Of a stretch of DNA of 37,098 bases, positions 33,401 through 37,098 are shown in pieces. The position numbers were made by a program, and so were the translations under genes. The DNA is taken from NCBI GenBank assembly GCA_943359415.1, contig CALRHQ010000002.1, positions 1-37,098 on the forward strand, in the 5' to 3' direction. The notes beneath the pieces are model-generated. The model had not been told where the DNA came from. It did not search any database and saw only the letters and a program-made list of their open reading frames with translations. Every line of letters starts with the position of its first letter. Within the stretch, counting starts at the first letter, position 1. The DNA is from Candidatus Peribacteria bacterium (GTDB lineage: Bacteria > Patescibacteriota > Gracilibacteria > UBA1369 > LOWO2-01-FULL-3).

Positions 33401-36400
33401 TCCAAGGACATCTTCCCATGAAGCGTTTGCCCCAAGTCCTCCACCGAAGCTTGGATCAGATGGATCCATGTTGAATTCTGCTGTAACTCCCGCTTTGAAA
33501 TTTTCTCCTTCGTATATTCTGTAGGTTAACGCGGCTCCCATATTCCATCCGTTTGCTAATTGTGTGCCTGATTTTGCTAATCCGACACTTAGGGTGAGTC
33601 CAGGTCTTACTGTTATTTGTTTGCTTGCTGCTATTCCCGCTGAATCGAATTCCCAATTTTTGAAAATTGCGCCACCCATTAGTAAGTTTTTATCTTCCAA
33701 TAGTGCGATATCATCTTTTGAAATTCCTTGTTTCTCAAGGTCTTTCAGTATTCCTGCGATCATAGGATTTTTTTGATCTTCTGGTAATTTCTTGTCCTCG
33801 TTTTGTAATTCTTTTTGGATATCTTCGACTTCTCTATTTGCCTTCATTTCCTGAGAGATGATGAATCCAAGCTGGAATGCTTCAGTGTGTTCCTGAGTTA
33901 TAAGGCCTGGAGCATTTAGGGCGCCAAGTGGAGATGGAACAAGTGCTTTGAGTTTGTCTTTGTATGTTGGATCTTTTTGTAATTCTTCAAGTGGTTTCTT
34001 TTCTTGAAGCATTAATTTTTGCATTGCTATACTTATTCCTCCGAGGCGAATCATTTTGTTTACCTCTTCAAGCATCTTTGCTTGGTCGATTATCCTGTTG
34101 TCGTCTTTATCGACAGTGTATGCTCCGCGTGTTTCAAGAAGTATCTTGTATGCGGCTTTTGGATCGTATGAACGTCTGAAAATTCCTCTATCCAGATATT
34201 TTGTTTCTCCGTTTATATCTGTCATGACAGGGATTTCGTCTTTTGCTCCTCCGATCCATCCCATTAGTTGTTCCCATTTTTCAGGTTCTCTTTCTGAATA
34301 CTGGAACATCTCGTAAAGATTTGTTCTTACAAGTTGTTGTTCAGCTGAAAGCCCTTCTGCTTCTTTTGATTCTTTCGCCCATTCTTTTCCCATTTTTGCC
34401 TCTTTTTCACGTCTTTCTGTTATTTCTTTAACTTCTTTGTATTCAAGTTTTGTTATGGCATCAAGAAGTTCTAGAGTAGGGTGAATGATTTCGTCAAACA
34501 TTTTTCTTAATTCTCCTGTTGCCCTTCCGTCTGGTCCTATGTTTTTTGGATCATTGAAAAGTTGTTTAAATGTTTTCATGAAATCTCCATAACTTTGAGG
34601 AAAATTCTTGTTATATTTTCCTGCGAATTTGAAAATATCTTCAAAAGTAACAGTTTTGTCTGAAAAAATATGGTCGGTTAGAGCTTGTGCGATAAATTTC
34701 CCTGTTTGGCCTTTATCCAATTTGAATGGACCTTCTGTGTTTGTAAGGATTTTATCAACTCTTCCGTGTCCTTTTATGTGTTTCCATTTGTTCTCGATTC
34801 CATCTTCATCGAGTTTGTATACCGATTCATGGATAGGATAATCTTTTTCAAAAAGTTCTTGCCATGCATCAATATCCATTACTTGCCTTTCTTTTAATCT
34901 TTTAGTTTGTTCAGTGAATTCTTTATCATTTTTTCGAAATAGATTGAATTCTTGTGAATCTTTGCCTTGAGTTTTTTCTTTGAATTTTATTGCTTTTTTA
35001 ACTAATTTTGCCATGTCAGGTTCGTCTTTTGCGAAACCTTCATGACTTCCATTTTCCCAAGTTATGCCTAGATTTGTGAATGTGATTTTGTCTACCTTTG
35101 TAGTGCTTGATTCTTGTTTCAAAATCTTGCCTGCTTTTTGCATAGCGGCCCTTATTTCTCCTGAATTTTGTGCTTGAAGAATATTTGTTTCAAGCTCTTT
35201 AGTTGTGTCTATAAGTTTCTGAACTTGGTCTTTATTTAATGATATTTTGTCTTTTGGTGTTTCTATGATTATTCCTGCTACTTTAAGCGCATCTAGATTT
35301 TCATCTAATGTTTTTGGTGTTTCGATTGGAGCGGTTGCAGTGGCTTTGGCTGCAGTTGTTTTTATTTCTCCAACTGGTTTGCCTTTAGCATCCCATTCTC
35401 CTATATCTGTATGGCCGTCAGCATATGTTATTTTCCCTTTTAATAGACGACCTGTGTTTATATCAAATTGTCCTTCTTCTATTTGTTTTCCTGTAGCTAG
35501 TGTTGTTATGCGTCTACCTTCTTGAAGGCCTCCTTTTTCATAAAAATTACCTTCTTCTACTGTTGCTTTGTCTGCAGAGATAGATCTTCCTTTTTCAAGC
35601 CATCCTTTTCCGGAAAATTTACCTACATGTATGCGTTTGTCGGAAAATGTTATTTCTCCAAATGTTATTTGCTTTGTTTCTGGGTCGAAGTATCCTTTAA
35701 ATGTACTGTTTTTATATACTGCTGTTCCTTCAATAAATTTCCCATTTTCGTCGACTATTCCTATACGTACTACTTTCTTTTTTGATGTACTTGTTTCTTT
35801 TTTCTCACCTTCTCCTGGATCCCTATCTCCTGCATCTTTTGCAGAGGTAGTTGCTTCATTTGCCAATCTTGCAGCCTCATCGGCAATTTGTATAGCATTT
35901 CTTACTATTTCATTTTCTGTGGCTACTTCAACTGGAGCTTGTTTTGCAGCTGGACTTGGAGTTGGTGCTGGTGTTGCTGATTTTTCTGCTGTAGCGACTA
36001 ACGGTGCGATAGTTTTGACTACTGTGTTCTCTTTAATTATTGTTATAGTACCGTCTTTATATATTATTTGACCATCGCTAAGCCCACCACCTTCCCATTT
36101 TCCTTCTGAGATTGTTCCATCATTAGATATTGCGCGACCATTTTTAAGTTTTACGTCTTCATCAAATTCGCCTTCTTCTATTTGGCCATTTGGATAAATT
36201 CTTTGGCCCAGTTTTAATAGGTATACGCCCGTCGCTGGAGATCGTTCTCCTGTTTCTATTGCCCCGCTTGGGTGTTTTATGGGTGCTTTGTCTGCTGCTA
36301 ATGCATCTTGTATTGCTGCAAGCGGTTTGTCTGGATTTGGTGGATTGGTTTCTTTGTTTGCTTTTGCGTATGATTCTTTTGCTTTTTCTCGTGCTGCGTC

Positions 36401-37084
36401 TGCTAATTCTAGAGTTTTTTCGTGTATTGTTTTTTCTTTTTCTGGTGCTGGAGCTGGAGCTGGAGCTGGAGCTGGAGCTGGAGCTGGAGCTGGAGCTGGA
36501 GCTGGTGCTGGAGCTGGAGCTGGTGCTGGAGCTGGAGCTGGAGCTTCAGGTTCTGCTGGAGCGCCTGCGGCTGATAGTTTTGTCAGTTCTCCTTTTTTTA
36601 ATTGTTCTTGTTGTCTTTTAAGAAAATCCAGATTTAATGAACCTTTCAATATCGATGCAGTGTCGTCGCTAAGTTGATTCAATTCTGCTTTCAATCTTTT
36701 TAATACTTCTTCAATCCCTTCTTTTTCTACAATTCTTGCAAGTTCTTTATAAACCGCTTGCTTGATTTTCTCTGCATCGTTCAGTGTTTTTATTGTGTCT
36801 TCAAATTTTTGTGACCATAAAAAACTTCTTTCAAGCCCATTTATTTTGAATACAAATCTTTGTTTTGTGTCATCTGATTCTTGAGATGTTTTATTTCCGA
36901 TTTTGATCTCTGTTTTTTCTTCAAGAAATTTTTTGAATTGTTCATGATTCATCTCTTTTGGCTCTTTTGGAGCTTCTGCTTTTGAGCTTTTTGGGGCGGC
37001 TTCTTCATGCAAAAATCTATTCTCTTTTGAAGATAGATTTTTGCTGTAGTTAGCCATGCAGTCTAGAAATTTTCTTATAGCCAT
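30401..37084 (-). CDS. Giant protein (2227 aa) without signal peptide: (Ala-Pro)17 linker, two MORN/YwqK-like repeat blocks, K/E-rich helical regions, and an internal Gly-rich amphipathic beta segment
   Basis: An uninterrupted 6.7-kb ORF lies 29 nt upstream of the 1847-aa gene on the same strand. The N-terminus (MAIRKFLDCMANYSKNLSSKENRF) is hydrophilic. The domain calls come from visible repeat patterns only. No enzyme motifs were recognised. Confidence 0.85.
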   Translation of the reverse strand: MAIRKFLDCMANYSKNLSSKENRFLHEEAAPKSSKAEAPKEPKEMNHEQFKKFLEEKTEIKIGNKTSQESDDTKQRFVFKINGLERSFLWSQKFEDTIKTLNDAEKIKQAVYKELARIVEKEGIEEVLKRLKAELNQLSDDTASILKGSLNLDFLKRQQEQLKKGELTKLSAAGAPAEPEAPAPAPAPAPAPAPAPAPAPAPAPAPAPAPAPAPEKEKTIHEKTLELADAAREKAKESYAKANKETNPPNPDKPLAAIQDALAADKAPIKHPSGAIETGERSPATGVYLLKLGQRIYPNGQIEEGEFDEDVKLKNGRAISNDGTISEGKWEGGGLSDGQIIYKDGTITIIKENTVVKTIAPLVATAEKSATPAPTPSPAAKQAPVEVATENEIVRNAIQIADEAARLANEATTSAKDAGDRDPGEGEKKETSTSKKKVVRIGIVDENGKFIEGTAVYKNSTFKGYFDPETKQITFGEITFSDKRIHVGKFSGKGWLEKGRSISADKATVEEGNFYEKGGLQEGRRITTLATGKQIEEGQFDINTGRLLKGKITYADGHTDIGEWDAKGKPVGEIKTTAAKATATAPIETPKTLDENLDALKVAGIIIETPKDKISLNKDQVQKLIDTTKELETNILQAQNSGEIRAAMQKAGKILKQESSTTKVDKITFTNLGITWENGSHEGFAKDEPDMAKLVKKAIKFKEKTQGKDSQEFNLFRKNDKEFTEQTKRLKERQVMDIDAWQELFEKDYPIHESVYKLDEDGIENKWKHIKGHGRVDKILTNTEGPFKLDKGQTGKFIAQALTDHIFSDKTVTFEDIFKFAGKYNKNFPQSYGDFMKTFKQLFNDPKNIGPDGRATGELRKMFDEIIHPTLELLDAITKLEYKEVKEITERREKEAKMGKEWAKESKEAEGLSAEQQLVRTNLYEMFQYSEREPEKWEQLMGWIGGAKDEIPVMTDINGETKYLDRGIFRRSYDPKAAYKILLETRGAYTVDKDDNRIIDQAKMLEEVNKMIRLGGISIAMQKLMLQEKKPLEELQKDPTYKDKLKALVPSPLGALNAPGLITQEHTEAFQLGFIISQEMKANREVEDIQKELQNEDKKLPEDQKNPMIAGILKDLEKQGISKDDIALLEDKNLLMGGAIFKNWEFDSAGIAASKQITVRPGLTLSVGLAKSGTQLANGWNMGAALTYRIYEGENFKAGVTAEFNMDPSDPSFGGGLGANASWEDVLGAKLTLLAGGHYGKNGLTLGVGVIITRRNVGLRIAENKANIEKETGLASPEWEAFKSSQGKPIEDRYKLLQKVTKLYSVLVQPLESTFNATHEDVVYLIDSYKDKITDQAVDKIASSPWEFFHGGGLMVTPYPPMLMPVFVFKIGSAKVYIPNRSEIGKMRDSMSDKMMQLKLRKAVEDADKRMAESKPIVVNGSQVQAEGAAETKTEFTPADQTGTQSYSPDGRLRTIITGKTFEFAKNLAEAEEIAPAEGKEPAEEIVPKTEAEKAKDFNDKLRQAVEVQLGEEKDGRRELKILNTHNKDIEVYIDPNLDVEELGLKVEGGKLMLLGNTDNLVITRERFFMPFNSQKSASNIKDIIVLRNKGSVAGDITREWIEKHSGSYAEKLEGDLGFSLEKGYGKSEQKNLKGEEKLTGEEETELKTVSTKKAEVSKKRQEALDARKAEIARIKAETETRNKGFKTRKTERATRAKETVEMDKSADRRHKAIGAIDQAQYEAQKRPAAYWQDISKLTIDKKFQEKLGLITDDDDKIKQLIIESSKEKDSKGNLKYPALQDIAKPGHEAELDHAMIIVLNEWFLPLYKKGTEGDKEIHNLLERTDKKGKKHGRIPFAERILKESFEKSIKEINARLPAGKKITISAEDAAKQVTEKIYEKIREKDFKFSDLKWTGEDSDVEDVETDAILFSTTRKKGGKKGEGTLTKTIAYKTLTQNWGKMELNHGFIKDAIKEYDINSKDPEDKQIARLLLEMASPSPEQNIDTAEKAEKFLRSPLAIKLASLETLMLIPELGKTKFDKISELYENIADPKKFAELFAKPEYQEALKAYKKIVQDVRDAELEGRAYEAPFNRGSDQYVLKLTMKSSIKAGAYARCANGSFSVKEDGEVQIFKTQKPGEIPVSPEYPQPLEPEVPEEPIALFSESTEIVKSKQSKSVVTAAITGLNQDEEKPEPKQEVHDKQAKQGAAGTVVEDKQAAQGAALGNPAPSGTTYTAPGENKGTGLSH
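36443..36544 (-). repeat. Hexanucleotide microsatellite (GCTCCA)n, 17 units with three GCACCA variants, encoding (Ala-Pro)17
   Basis: The plus strand reads (TGGAGC/TGGTGC)x17 from 36443 to 36544, which corresponds to residues 181-214 (APAP...AP) of the 2227-aa protein. Confidence 0.95.
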
Positions 37085-37098
37085 TTTGTTTTTGTTTT

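Noticed and set aside
36279-36677. 132-aa ORF containing a (Gly-Ala)n run; the tandem repeat could also superficially suggest a CRISPR-like or satellite array
   Set aside because: It is the antisense reading of the (GCTCCA)17 microsatellite inside the 2227-aa gene. The units are 6 nt with no spacers, so it is not a CRISPR array.

Overview
AT-rich bacterial window, most likely from a reduced-genome uncultivated lineage (CPR/Patescibacteria-like or Dependentiae-like; this is inference only). It uses the standard genetic code: all long ORFs are intact, and frr ends at a TGA at canonical length. I support 26 CDS. About two thirds of the window is compact housekeeping: groL, pyrH-frr-rseP, dnaA, mltG, ybaB, rplY, a RelA-type (p)ppGpp synthetase, recO, ftsX, gatCA, a TrmB-like regulator and holA. 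These are interleaved with secreted or membrane-anchored low-complexity proteins. The last third (24828-37084, minus strand) is a two-gene operon of giant proteins. The upstream 2227-aa protein has no signal peptide and carries an (Ala-Pro)17 linker, MORN/YwqK-like repeats and an internal beta-barrel-like Gly-rich segment. The downstream 1847-aa protein has a signal peptide and tandem Cys-bounded beta modules. I could not place either protein in a known family by eye, and this pair is my top candidate for a novel cell-surface or host-interaction system. Other points worth a second look: (1) a 71-nt tRNA-like gene with perfect acceptor stem, T-arm and CCA but no D-arm and a 9-nt loop, which resembles the tRNA-like domain of tmRNA, with a partial copy of its 5' half nearby; (2) three unrelated long inverted-repeat elements (25-31 bp arms, 120-161 bp total) that each start at or within 3 nt of a stop codon; (3) a G+T-rich, C-poor non-coding stretch upstream of dnaA with few DnaA boxes; (4) four NPF motifs in a disordered membrane-protein tail; (5) loss of the hydrolase catalytic motifs in the RelA/SpoT homologue; (6) no Shine-Dalgarno sequences anywhere. 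No CRISPR array, transposase, integrase, rRNA or canonical tRNA was found.
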